Positions 24,349 through 34,533 of a DNA stretch of 36,835 nt are shown here, one piece after another. The notes beneath the pieces were generated by a model. That model saw only the letters and a list, made by a program, of their open reading frames with translations, searched no databases and was not told the DNA's origin. Source of the DNA: Octopus bimaculoides (lineage: Eukaryota); NCBI RefSeq assembly GCF_001194135.2, contig NC_068981.1:69221992-69258826 (forward strand), written 5' to 3'. A program made the position numbers and the translations under genes. Every line of letters begins with the position of its first letter. Within the stretch, counting starts at the first letter, position 1.

Positions 24349-24402
24349 CTTATTTGCCTTCTCTTCAATTCAAATCTTATTTGCCTTCTCTTCAATTCAA
24401 AT
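24349..24402 (+). repeat. Perfect 27-bp tandem duplication
   Basis: cttatttgccttctcttcaattcaaat at 24349-24375 and 24376-24402. Confidence 0.95.
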
Positions 24403-25168
24403 CTTCGAAGCAACCATCATCAAGTCCCCAATAAATCAGTCGAAGCATTTTTCACATACATTTCCTCTAAATAATCTGAACTATTCACTTAACTTAAATG
24501 ACTTAGATAAGAGTTGGCCGTTATTAGCCCAGATGTTTTTAGCTGAAGAGCATATCAAGAAATTGTGTTTTTAAAATAATGCCTTTCGAAACCATAGCTA
24601 ACTAAAAGAGGGAGTCGCTGTTAGATCGAATATGTGAGTGCCGCTGGTTTGTATGTGTTTCTTAGAATAATTTGTCCAAATTTCAATGTTAATAGGTTTT
24701 GAGTTCTCTGATCCCTTTGTAGATAACGTTCAATGTAGCAGAAATTTAATTCGTTATGTCACAATGTTGTTTTAATGTGATTTATGACGAGAGCATATTA
24801 CATGGAGCAAACCTAGTTGACATACAAACTTGACAACTACATTGCTTGACCGAGATAATGGAATAATTTTCCATATTGTTGGAGGATACATTGGACAGAA
24901 GACCGTTTTAGATAGTTTACTCGATCTCCAATACCAAGGGAGGTTATGCCACTTCTTTATTATCGTGTGTGTTTATGGGATGCTTCTTTTCTCATAACGC
25001 TTTCTTTTGCATAGCGAGAGCACAGTAGTGGGCATTGATAGACTTTTAAGGTAAAACATGTTAAAGTTTGTTGAATTGAAACCTTTGAGTAGAAATTTAA
25101 ATATTCATAAGCAATTACTTTGGGTCTGTTTAGATATATTGTTGTGTAGAATTCTGCTTATTTTAAGA

Positions 25169-25171
<3 letters not shown>

Positions 25172-25215
<44 letters not shown>

Positions 25216-25293
25216 NNNNNNNNNNNNNNNNNNNNNNNNNNNNNNNNNNNNNNNNNNNNNNNNNNNNNNNNNNNNNNNNNNNNNNNNNNNNNN

Positions 25294-25360
<67 letters not shown>

Positions 25361-25395
25361 TTGTATGTATGTATGTATATATATATGTATGTATG
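25172..25395. repeat. (TA)n / gap 25216-25293 / (TG)n / (TATG)n
   Basis: Directly visible. Confidence 0.95.
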
Positions 25396-25684
25396 TTGTC
25401 CGGTGAAATCGTTGACATCAAGTTATTGTCGTTTGATCTTTCGCCAGTCAATTCGTCGTTGGTCAATTCAGTGAGATCATAGGAAAAATGGAAGAACGAA
25501 TATCTGAATTAAAAAAGGGTAATTCTAAGGTCGCTGTGTTACATATCTATTTGTTCTTTAAAAAAGGAAAAGAAAAAAGGGAAAAAGAAAAAGTTCATTA
25601 AGTCTTTGTTCTTAAATCTTTGCACGGTATGTACAATTTTTCAATTAGATTGAATGGAGCAGTAATTGGGGAAAATGACTACTT

Positions 25685-25845
25685 GACCGTTGTCATTTAC
25701 TGTAATAAATGATGCTGTTTGAGTTCGCTAGATAAGTCCCTAGGATTACAAATAATAGCCCTTATTAAAAATTAAGGATGTCCTTAAAATTTTAAGCGCG
25801 CTATACGGTATAAATTTGAGTTACGTAAAATGTATAACAAATAAA
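25685..25845 (+). repeat. Left arm of a long inverted repeat (partner 28512-28650)
   Basis: Core 25736-25845 is the reverse complement of 28512-28622 (about 13 mismatches and one gap in ~110 nt by eye). 25685-25712 also matches 28623-28650; the left arm has a 23-nt insertion. Confidence 0.9.
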
Positions 25846-25854
25846 TAAATAAAT

Positions 25855-25953
25855 AAACAGCGCCAGTTATCAACCGACCACCGAAGTTAAGTAACGTTGA
25901 GCCTAGTGAGTACTTAGATGTATGATTACTTGGGAAAGCTAGGTGTTGTAAGC
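25855..25953 (+). pseudogene. 5S rRNA-derived segment (5'-truncated pseudogene or head of a 5S-derived SINE)
   Basis: cgccagttatcaaccgaccaccgaagttaagtaacgttgagcctagtgagtacttagatgtatgattacttgggaaagctaggtgttgtaagc aligns without gaps to invertebrate 5S (CCGATCACCGAAGTTAAGCAACGTCGGGCCCGGTTAGTACTTGGATGGGTGACCGCCTGGGAATACCGGGTGCTGTAG). About the first 20 nt are missing and box C is degenerate. Confidence 0.82.
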
Positions 25954-25972
25954 GTCACACACTTTTCTTATA

Positions 25973-26122
25973 GGCGCAGGACTGGCTGTAGGTTAAGTAG
26001 CTTGGGTAAGTGTCTTCTACTATAGCCTCAGGCCGACCAAAATCTTGTGAGTGGATTTGGTGTGCGGAAACTGAAAGAAGCCCGTTGTATATATGTATAT
26101 GTATGTTTATATATATGTGTGT

Positions 26123-26209
<87 letters not shown>

Positions 26210-26273
26210 TTTGTATCTGTGTTTGTCCCTCCAACATCGCTTGACAACCGATGCTGGTGTGTTTACGTCCCCG
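25973..26273 (+). mobile_element. tRNA-head SINE with internal (TA/TG)n microsatellite, 3'-truncated
   Basis: Head ggcgcaggactggctgtaggttaagtagc (A-box-like), central domain shared with 21211-21310, internal repeat ~26087-26206, and a 3' segment nearly identical to the reverse complement of 31460-31523. Confidence 0.85.
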
Positions 26274-26279
26274 GAGTCT

Positions 26280-27107
26280 AGCTTTTTTATTGTTAATAGA
26301 TGCTATAATAGCAATTAAGGACAACAAAGAAAATTTGTTAATAGATACGAAAGTGAGACTAATCTGCCCAAATAAATCCGATCTATGCAAACTAAGTAAA
26401 TTAATCTCCGATAAATATATTCCTACTATAAAAACAAGATCACTCTAGAATTATGGTCAAATAATCACGTAGATTTCAACTGGTTCTCCAACATACAGAA
26501 TAAAAATAGTTATTAGCTCCAATAAATAAACATAGAGAACTACTACTCCTCAATTAATCCTACGATTCTTAATAGCTCTCTGATGTTCGCTAAAACATGC
26601 CAAATTGACAATGAATGAAATTAAGGTAATCATAGAAGCTAGAAAATCTATAATAGAATTCAATAACAAACTGTGGGTAAACAATGATACCCCCAATTGT
26701 TTCGATATCACTATGGGGGCCCCGGAATCTGATTAAGTGGGTATGTACCTATTAAATTATTTACTCGAAGAATTCCCACAGATTAGAGGAGGCCTTTGCA
26801 GAGACAATGATTTATGTATCCCCAAAGCCACGTACAATAGGAGGCTTGAACCACTAAAGAAAAATAGCAGGCTATAAGCCATACATTAAGTGCCTTTACT
26901 CTGAGCCTTTGTAAATTAATCTGAATACCATAAATATATATAATTATAACAGTAGTAATAATAGCGAAAATATCTATAATAGTAATCACAAAGATAATAA
27001 GAATAGCAATAGCAATAATAGTAGCAATAATAAAAAAAGTAGTTTGAACAATAACATTCATAATAACATTAATGATAGCATTAGCTATGATAACGATGAT
27101 GATGATG

Positions 27108-27192
<85 letters not shown>

Positions 27193-28175
27193 GCCTAAAA
27201 GACCTGAGTCGCTGTTAGCAATTATAATACCAAGGTAAATAAAATGAATAATTCGAATAGCAACAACCCTACCAACGCTGATAGCAATAGTAATAAAAAT
27301 AACATTAGAATGAAGAAGAAGAATTATAACTATAAATATACAATCTACAATAATACTGGGGGAAGTTTGTATACCAAAAGCAAAAATATTAATAATAACA
27401 AGCGGAACAAGAATAACATGTTGCTAATGTTCCTCTTCGCGAATGCATCTAAAAACCAATATAGTTAAATCTAGAATGAAACATAAATAAGCACTTCAAT
27501 ATGAATATGAAATACTCAGAAATCTTTAGCAAAAAAATTAGAATAGCCCATAGCCTAACTAGTAACCTAGCTACTATTATAACATCTATTAACAATAGAA
27601 AGCTAGATTCCTTCTACGAACCTAGGCAGAATAGCAATACAAATCACAACAACCAATCGATTGATATAATATGCGATTCTCCAAAAAACTCAGCCTCTAA
27701 AAATACGAACATTATAAATGATAATCTCTCTCACTATATCAGATAATCTTACTAATCTATGTGGTTTCGGGGACCAAACATACTTGGGAATTCTTGAATA
27801 AATCTAAAACTAAGAATGTAATATACCAACGTGATATATTCTCCAATAATTACAAGAACACATATCTATGAGCAACTAAAAATGAAATAAAACTTAAGTA
27901 TAATTCCCATCTCTCAAGTTTCAGAAATAGAAATAAGGCTAACTCTACCGGATTAAGCAATTACATCTGAGAACTTAAAGATAATAACATTGATTATAAA
28001 TTGGAATGGCGCAAAGTAGCCAAAACCTTTATATAACTTTAAACATAATCGCTGTTTTTTTTATGTATTAATGAGAAAATCTTCATCGTAATGGCCAAAT
28101 TACTTTATAAACGAAACGAGAAAATATAAAATATGCTTACAAAAACATGAATTCTTATTCTCTAAATACCGCTAA
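26280..28175 (+). mobile_element. Penelope-like retroelement (Naiad-like) remnant: RT plus C-terminal GIY-YIG endonuclease
   Basis: IKDNKENLLIDTKVRLICPNKSDL; FDITMGAPESD (26701); GGLCRDND (26788-26811, GLYRDDG-like); KYSEIFSKKIRIAHSLTSNL; KNVIY (VIY 27818)...TYL* (27863); NSTGLSNYI*ELKDNNIDYKLEW; CINEKIFI..KRNEK; stop ~28173-28175. An (AAT)n-rich tract lies at ~26940-27330. PLE is well supported; the Naiad subclade is from recalled motifs. Confidence 0.85.
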
Positions 28176-28511
28176 TATCTGCATTACAGATTATTAGCAG
28201 ACCTGTGTACAGTCTCATTACCTCTCCTTGTCCACCACCATTACCACATAGCATGATTTTATATTAAATTACGATTATATTAAATTACCCCTACTAACTG
28301 AATTCTTTATTTTAAATGCACGATGTACACCTGGAGTTAGGATTCTCTTTAATATATTCACATTGAAGTTAGATCACTTACTAACATACTACTTGCTAGG
28401 GATGTCACTGACATACGTACGATTAAACGAGCGATTTAGCCTATTCTAGCCGAGCTGATTGGTTTAAATTATATTAACGAGTAGCTATCCCGGGCCTCAC
28501 ATGATAACATG

Positions 28512-28650
28512 TTTATTTGTTATGCATTTTTACGTAACCCAAATTTATACTGTATATCGCACTTAAACTGTTAAAGGCGTCCTTAATTTTTAATAAGGGC
28601 CATTATTTGTAATCATAAGGACTCATTTATTACAATTAATGACACCGGAT
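28512..28650 (-). repeat. Right arm of the long inverted repeat (partner 25685-25845)
   Basis: Reverse complement gtccttatgattacaaataatggcccttattaaaaattaaggacgcctttaacagtttaagtgcgatatacagtataaatttgggttacgtaaaaatgcataacaaataaa matches the left arm. Confidence 0.9.
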
Positions 28651-30197
28651 ATTACAATCAGATATAAACTCTGTCGACTAACAGCGACGGTTAACTAGTC
28701 ACTTTCCCCACTTACTATTCCATTCATCAAATTGAAAAAAATGTACACGAACGTGCAAACTTGAAAGGACACAAAAATGTATGCATATGGACTTAACGAG
28801 CTGTTTTTTCCTCTTTCGATTTCTTTTTCTTCTTTCTCCTGTTTATATTCCTCTAAATCATGCTGACAATGTTTTATACATGGAAAGAGAAAATGCGAAT
28901 TTACTTAAAAAATAACAGAAACAGCTGTTAATGTTATTTTAACTGCAATTAAACTATGAATATTTAATACCAATGATTAGCTTCTAATTGTTGATTGTTG
29001 GTCCATTTACCATTTCTTTTCTTATATATATATATATACACACAAAAGTGAATTTCACAGTCATGGAAGAGGTATTGTTTGCATCCATTATTCCATGGAA
29101 ACATGCTGGGTTAAGTTATAAATTTATTTGGAAATAGATAAGAATTGGCAACAGGAAAGTTGTGCAAACCTTACAAAATCTATATGGTCCAAGTAATCAT
29201 CGGAAAGTGGATGTTTCGTATATACATATACAACTTAGATGATATTTCCCAGCCAGGACGTTACAAGTGTATTCGGTTGTTTAAGTGTCTCAGTTCATTG
29301 TATGTCCGTATGTTTACTCGGTTTTATTTATCAGTTGTTTTTTTCCCAATGTTTATATACCTTTCTTTCTCTGTAGTAAACATATGGAAAATGTTGATTA
29401 TGCAGTATGCTACTATATACATAATTATAATTGGAGAGTAATATGATATTTATAAATCAGGTAAGTGGTTTTGTAATTACTAAAACCTTAATTAATTCTA
29501 GTTTCCTGTTTAGTTATAAAATGGAAACATAATATAACTTTTTGGGACTAACAGAGGAAATGAGTACATAATTTCTTGTGACTCTACATGTCTTATAGAG
29601 AGAGACAGAGTAAGAGCAGGTGTGTCGGTGTATTTAAAATTGCACGTTGGTGTTTATGTGAACCTGCCTCTGTTTCTCTAACTGTATTTCTAACAGTCAT
29701 AATAGACATTTTGAAGTTTTCTAAATCGTCTAATTTATGCAGCACCAGCTGAACATGTTCAACGTTGATTCGATGACGGATAACGAAATATTTAGTGAAA
29801 ATGCTGTTTTTTTATGTAGTCAAATTAGGTTTGAACAACTTCACTTAATATAATGTTATGTGAGATGTCATTCAATTAGTTTAAGGTAATTGAAACAGTA
29901 GTGGTTTGATTACTTGGCTATTATGAATGCTTCAATACTATATATGAGTGGAATGAATTGTTACAAATATTTGATTAATGCTTCTATATCTAAGATTATT
30001 CTAGATACACAAAAAAATCTCCATAGTTTTGTTGTAGTAGCTCTCATGTGCATCACAAGAAACATCATTGGCACATATTTATTTCGTTTCCTGTCTAATG
30101 TTCTTTCCCCTCTAAGACATATTCATAAAGTAACACACACACTCACTCAAACAAACACACACACACACACACACACATACATAGGAATAACATATGC

Positions 30198-30228
<31 letters not shown>

Positions 30229-30234
<6 letters not shown>

Positions 30235-30770
30235 AAAGTGAGTACCCAAATGCAACAGGAAACGTTCTCCCGTTGTAGTTCTGGCTTCTGACGCTAGAAG
30301 CCACATGATGCGACCCTCCGGTATCATTCTGCCAACCAGAGTCGTCGAGTGCGCTAGTACTGCTATGTTATCCGTTTTAGTTTTTCAGCGCTTCTCCCTT
30401 GTTCGTCGAGTTTTGTGATGTCTGAAACGAAGGTGCGGGGTGCTTCCATGAAATATAGTTTTCTGCTGGGAAAAAGGCCTCTGAAACAGCTATCATGCTG
30501 CAAACAGCTTACAATGATGCTGCCACGAGCAAAACACAATTTACGAGCAGTTCCACGCTTTAGGAATGTTCACTTGTCGCTTGATGACCAAATTCGTTCG
30601 GGACAACTGTTGACCTCCCGAACAAATGAAAACATCATGTAAATTCCTGAAGTGATCTTGGAGGACCTTCGCTGAACAGTTGATAAACTTGTTGATATGA
30701 TTGGCGTATCCCGAAGCTTCATAAAACGAATTGTGAGCGAGGAATTGTGATGAGGATTAAGGTGTCAATA
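30229..30770 (+). mobile_element. 5' fragment of a mariner (TIR-like end plus N-terminal HTH of the transposase)
   Basis: From ATG 30418: MSETK..., then with frameshifts ASETAIMLQTAYNDAATSKTQF, RFRNVHLSLDDQIRSGQLLTSRTNEN, ILEDLR*TVDKLVDMIGVSRSFIKRIVSEEL. Follows (TA)n at ~30199-30230. Confidence 0.8.
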
Positions 30771-31284
30771 CCAAGATTCGAAATCGCAACCCTTTTTATT
30801 AGTTGTTTACACTTACACCGTTTCGAAATCCAGAATATTATTTGAACGGTCTTTCTTATATCCTTGATAGAGGAAGCTGAGGAAGTTGAACCTTAAGAGT
30901 TAAAAGCTGTTCATGAGAATCAAGGTGCCACAACCAAGATGCGAAAATCGTGATCCGCCTTCATACGATAGGGTCTTCCTTTCTTTTGTCTCTCATTGAG
31001 TTAGTGATTTGTGGCGTTGGAGTTTATTTAACTTTAGTATAAACGTTAATGACCAGCACACTGTCAATTTTGTGACCTTCTATTAAATTTGCGCTTAGAT
31101 TTTAATTACTAATAGACGACCGTGCTGCATCGAAGTTTTGTAAGTCAACAAGGTGCAGTTTGAAAGAGCCAAAAATATTTTGACACAAATAAAATTTAAA
31201 TGTTGAAGTTGATTTAATGGTGTTTTGTGTGTGTATGTGTGTGTGTTTGTATATTTATACACACACACCCACACACATATATAC

Positions 31285-31317
<33 letters not shown>

Positions 31318-31324
31318 GATATAC

Positions 31325-31525
31325 TCTTTTACTTGTTTCAGTCATTTGACTACAGCAATGCTGGAGCACAGCCTTTAGTCGAGCAATTCGAGCCTAGAAC
31401 TTATTCTTTGTTAGCCTAGTATTTATTCTATCGGTCTTTTTTGCCGAATCACTAAGTTACGGGGACGTAAACACACCAGCATCGGTTGTCAAGCGACGTT
31501 GGCGGGACAAACACAGACACACATA
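31325..31525 (-). mobile_element. 3' half of the SINE family seen at 25973-26273
   Basis: cggggacgtaaacacaccagcatcggttgtcaagcgacgttggcgggacaaacacaga is nearly identical to the reverse complement of ~26213-26273. It continues to a tail reading ...actgaaacaagtaaaagagta on the minus strand. Confidence 0.85.
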
Positions 31526-31600
31526 TATATACTCGCAGGACACCCACACACACACCCAGATGCAAACACGCAATACACACGCACATTGATATATATATTG

Positions 31601-31910
31601 TGAAGGCGTGTTGTTGCTTAGTGGATCACAATCATAAGGTCACGTTTTATCCTTGAGCAAGCCTCTTTATTTCATATTGCTCCAGACAGTCCACTCAGCT
31701 ACCAATGTGAGCATTACCGATATTTCAAAGGTATGGCCTTCTCACAGCCTTCTCACACTCTATGTCATGCTGAATATCCCTCAGAACTATGTTAAGAATG
31801 TGCGTGTCTGTGGAGTGCTCAGCCACGTGCATGTTAATTTCATTAAGAGGCTGTTCCGTTGGTCAGATCAGCAGGAAACCCCTTGTCGTAGTAACCGAGG
31901 GAGTGCCATG
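31601..31910 (+). mobile_element. Third SINE family copy (tRNA-like head, ccttgagcaag core), with part of the head missing
   Basis: gaaggcg...agtgg...cacaatcataaggtc head, core tccttgagcaagcctctttatttcatattgctccag, 3' body gtgtctgtggagtgctcagccac...gtaaccgagggagtgcc, then (TA)n. Matches a recalled octopus SINE; not verified. Confidence 0.65.
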
Positions 31911-32009
31911 TATATATATATATATACGTATATATGAAAATCGAATATTTGTATAAGTTGTTAGTATTTAATTCCAATTGTATTTGATTCGGTATTCGTT
32001 AACACATTC

Positions 32010-32735
32010 CTTGCGCTATAGCTAGAACCTGTAGATAATGCACCTTATAAACTCAGCATGCAGCAAACTGCATTTTCTGTTGCATTTCGGAGTTCCAAGG
32101 GCTTATTTTTCTTAGTTGTTCATTAGGCGTTTCCTAGCAATGACCTGTTCGTGGGTTGCAAATGCATACCCTTCGAAGTGTTACGCGATGTAGCGGTCAC
32201 GATTTCAAGAGAAGCTTCGCTTCATGTCATTAATGTTGTTATTTGCGATTCTTATTTTTGCATGCTGAACTCTTTTGCCATCAGGTCTATTATGCGGTAT
32301 ATTAATCCGGCTTATTTAATCTTGTGTGGCAGTTCAAGAATAGGATATTGTTCTTCCAGCTACATTTATTTTGCAAGTGCTGACTGAGAGGGACGACTCA
32401 AGTTTGTTTACACAGATCTGAAGCCTCTATCTTCCTTACATCTTCATAGGTAGAGTTTATCGGTATCACTAGTATTGTGGAAATTTCTTGTTGTCAGTTA
32501 TCTTGCGGGTTGGGTTTCAACGTCTACGGAGCGGCTTTCATCTACAGACCTATCAAGTATCTCAAATGATGGACTGAGCACTTCTAATGGAAATATATTA
32601 TGGGATATTGTCTTATTTAAGGGGAGTTCGGACTGCCAAATTATTGAAAGTCTAGCATGACATTCTCGGGTGATTCTATTGTTACAGACAGTACCTTCAA
32701 ATGATATGTTTTCATGAATCTTGAGTTACTTGTAG
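32010..32735 (-). mobile_element. R4/Dong LINE middle fragment (end of RT, thumb, towards the CCHC region)
   Basis: Minus strand reads YK*LKIHENISFEGTVCNNRITRECHARLSIIWQSELP; NIFPLEVLSPSFEILDRSVDESRSVDVET; NFHNTSDTDKLYL*RCKEDRGFRSV; EGYAFATHEQ. Compare YKYLG..., NT.AVPVL..SFG..DW, SD.DRLY..R..GGRGL, EG..FA.QEQ. Confidence 0.75.
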
Positions 32736-32881
32736 TATATATATATATATATATATTTGTTTGGCAGGATTGTTGGTGTGAGATCGTGTGTTGAAACAGA
32801 TGTTGTTGTATTTGGGGATGGTCATATTGCCAGTTTAGCCAACAAAAACATACAGTGCGTGTGTTTTAATTGGCTTAACTG

Positions 32882-33133
32882 NNNNNNNNNNNNNNNNNNN
32901 NNNNNNNNNNNNNNNNNNNNNNNNNNNNNNNNNNNNNNNNNNNNNNNNNNNNNNNNNNNNNNNNNNNNNNNNNNNNNNNNNNNNNNNNNNNNNNNNNNNN
33001 NNNNNNNNNNNNNNNNNNNNNNNNNNNNNNNNNNNNNNNNNNNNNNNNNNNNNNNNNNNNNNNNNNNNNNNNNNNNNNNNNNNNNNNNNNNNNNNNNNNN
33101 NNNNNNNNNNNNNNNNNNNNNNNNNNNNNNNNN
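32882..33133. other. Assembly gap (N run)
   Basis: N characters. Confidence 1.
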
Positions 33134-33146
33134 GCTCTTCCGATCT
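33134..33146 (+). other. Residual Illumina adapter sequence at a contig start
   Basis: GCTCTTCCGATCT is the common 3' end of the Illumina read primers/adapters and sits exactly at the first base after the gap. Confidence 0.85.
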
Positions 33147-33878
33147 TGAGTGGGTGTACGTATATGTATGTGTGTGTGGTGTGTATATGTGTGTAGCTCA
33201 CAGAGTTTCCCTGTGTAGAAGTTACTTAGTAGTGCTCAAAAGATGCAAATTTGGGTTCCGAACAAAGGCTATAAGAGGGATCAAGTTGAGCGTGTAGAGA
33301 GGTAATTATGCCCATAAATAAATTATCCGCATAATTATATCACATATATTAAATACATCAAATAAAAAATATGTATTTATGTATACATGCAAAACAAGAG
33401 AAAGCAAAAGATGAAAACATTGACACAATTAATTGTCATGTATAAATATAGATATTTTTATTAATAGGCCCAACCTACACATTACAAACGACAGAGTAAA
33501 TTAAAGGCATGCAAGAAATGCGTTATAAGCCCAAATGCTGTTTCCAGGGGTTGGCAATCAATTACAACGCTGTTGGATTTAGTTCATCACAATATACGGT
33601 CGTATTGCTACAATTCACATTGGATCTTAATGCAGAGAAGTTCAAAGACGGAATGGTTAAATCTATAAAACTAGATGTAGTAGTGTGGGGACTGGCAGTT
33701 GTTAAGACAGGGAATAATGTGATGACCTAAATCTATGAATAGTATGGATCACCGAGACCCCTTCCTTCCATCATTTTAGTACAGCATTCCTTTCGAATCC
33801 CACCACACACAAAGCAAGAGTTTTTTAGGGCGAAGACCCGCTTTTGGGTTGGCTAATGGCGGCTCATGTCGCTTACTT

Positions 33879-34413
33879 CAGGATCCCAAACATCCTAGCG
33901 ATTTGTGTACCCAAGCTTTACTAGGTATTCATAAACGACGGATTTTGATAGGTTGAGGCTTTCTGCCAATTCTCGGGTTGTGCAATGTGGGTTATTCTCA
34001 ATGACTTGATTTGGCCATCATCTGTAGTGGAAGGTCTGCTTATCGCTCTTTATCAATAAAGCTACAATATCCAGCTCGGAACCTTGATAACCACTTCCGT
34101 ACAGTTCTTTTGGATAATGAAATATCACCGTAAACTGCGCATATGTTTGTGGTTGCTTGTGAGACATTTTTCCCTTTAAGGAAAAAGAAAAGCATCAAGT
34201 GCCGAAAATGAACTTTCTTACCATCCATATTAAAGGGTTACATAATTTTACACAGCTTATAGGAACATAAACCTTCTTCCACGAAAAGATAGTTTAAACT
34301 CTGCTCTAAATGGAGGTGTAGTAAACTCCTATTATTATGGACTCAAACATGTTCTAAAATAAGTCGAAACGTAAGCTACTATAAATCGGCACGAACTTTC
34401 CGGACAACCCAAT
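33879..34413 (-). mobile_element. 5' third of a mariner (TIR plus HTH domains, truncated at the WVPH motif)
   Basis: TIR-like tattgggttgtccggaaagttcgtgccgattt (34413-34383). ORF MDGKKVHFRHLMLFFFLKGKNVSQATTNICAVYGD...RTVRKWLSRF, then RPSTTDDGQIKS, NNPHCTTRELAESLNLSKSVVYEYLVKLGYTNR*DVWDP. Confidence 0.88.
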
Positions 34414-34533
34414 ATATACATATATGTGTGTGTGTGTGTGTGTGTATGTGTGTGTGTGTGTGTGTGTGCGTGCGCGCGCGCGTGTGCGTGAGAGAGACAG
34501 AGAGAGACACAGAGAGAGAGTGTGTGTGTGTAT
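34412..34533. repeat. Compound (TA)/(TG)/(CG)/(GA) dinucleotide microsatellite
   Basis: Directly visible. Confidence 0.95.

Noticed and set aside
27863-27981. In-frame TGA codons in the Naiad-like GIY-YIG as possible selenocysteine
   Set aside because: They fall at positions expected to be Gly (YIG) and Trp (YIWEL), each one substitution from GGA/TGG. The element also has TAA/TAG stops and frameshifts, so simple decay explains them.
3483-32735. The three R4/Dong pieces cover non-overlapping parts of one ORF, as if from one broken element
   Set aside because: They differ in strand and order and lie up to 28 kb apart; independent truncated insertions are simpler.
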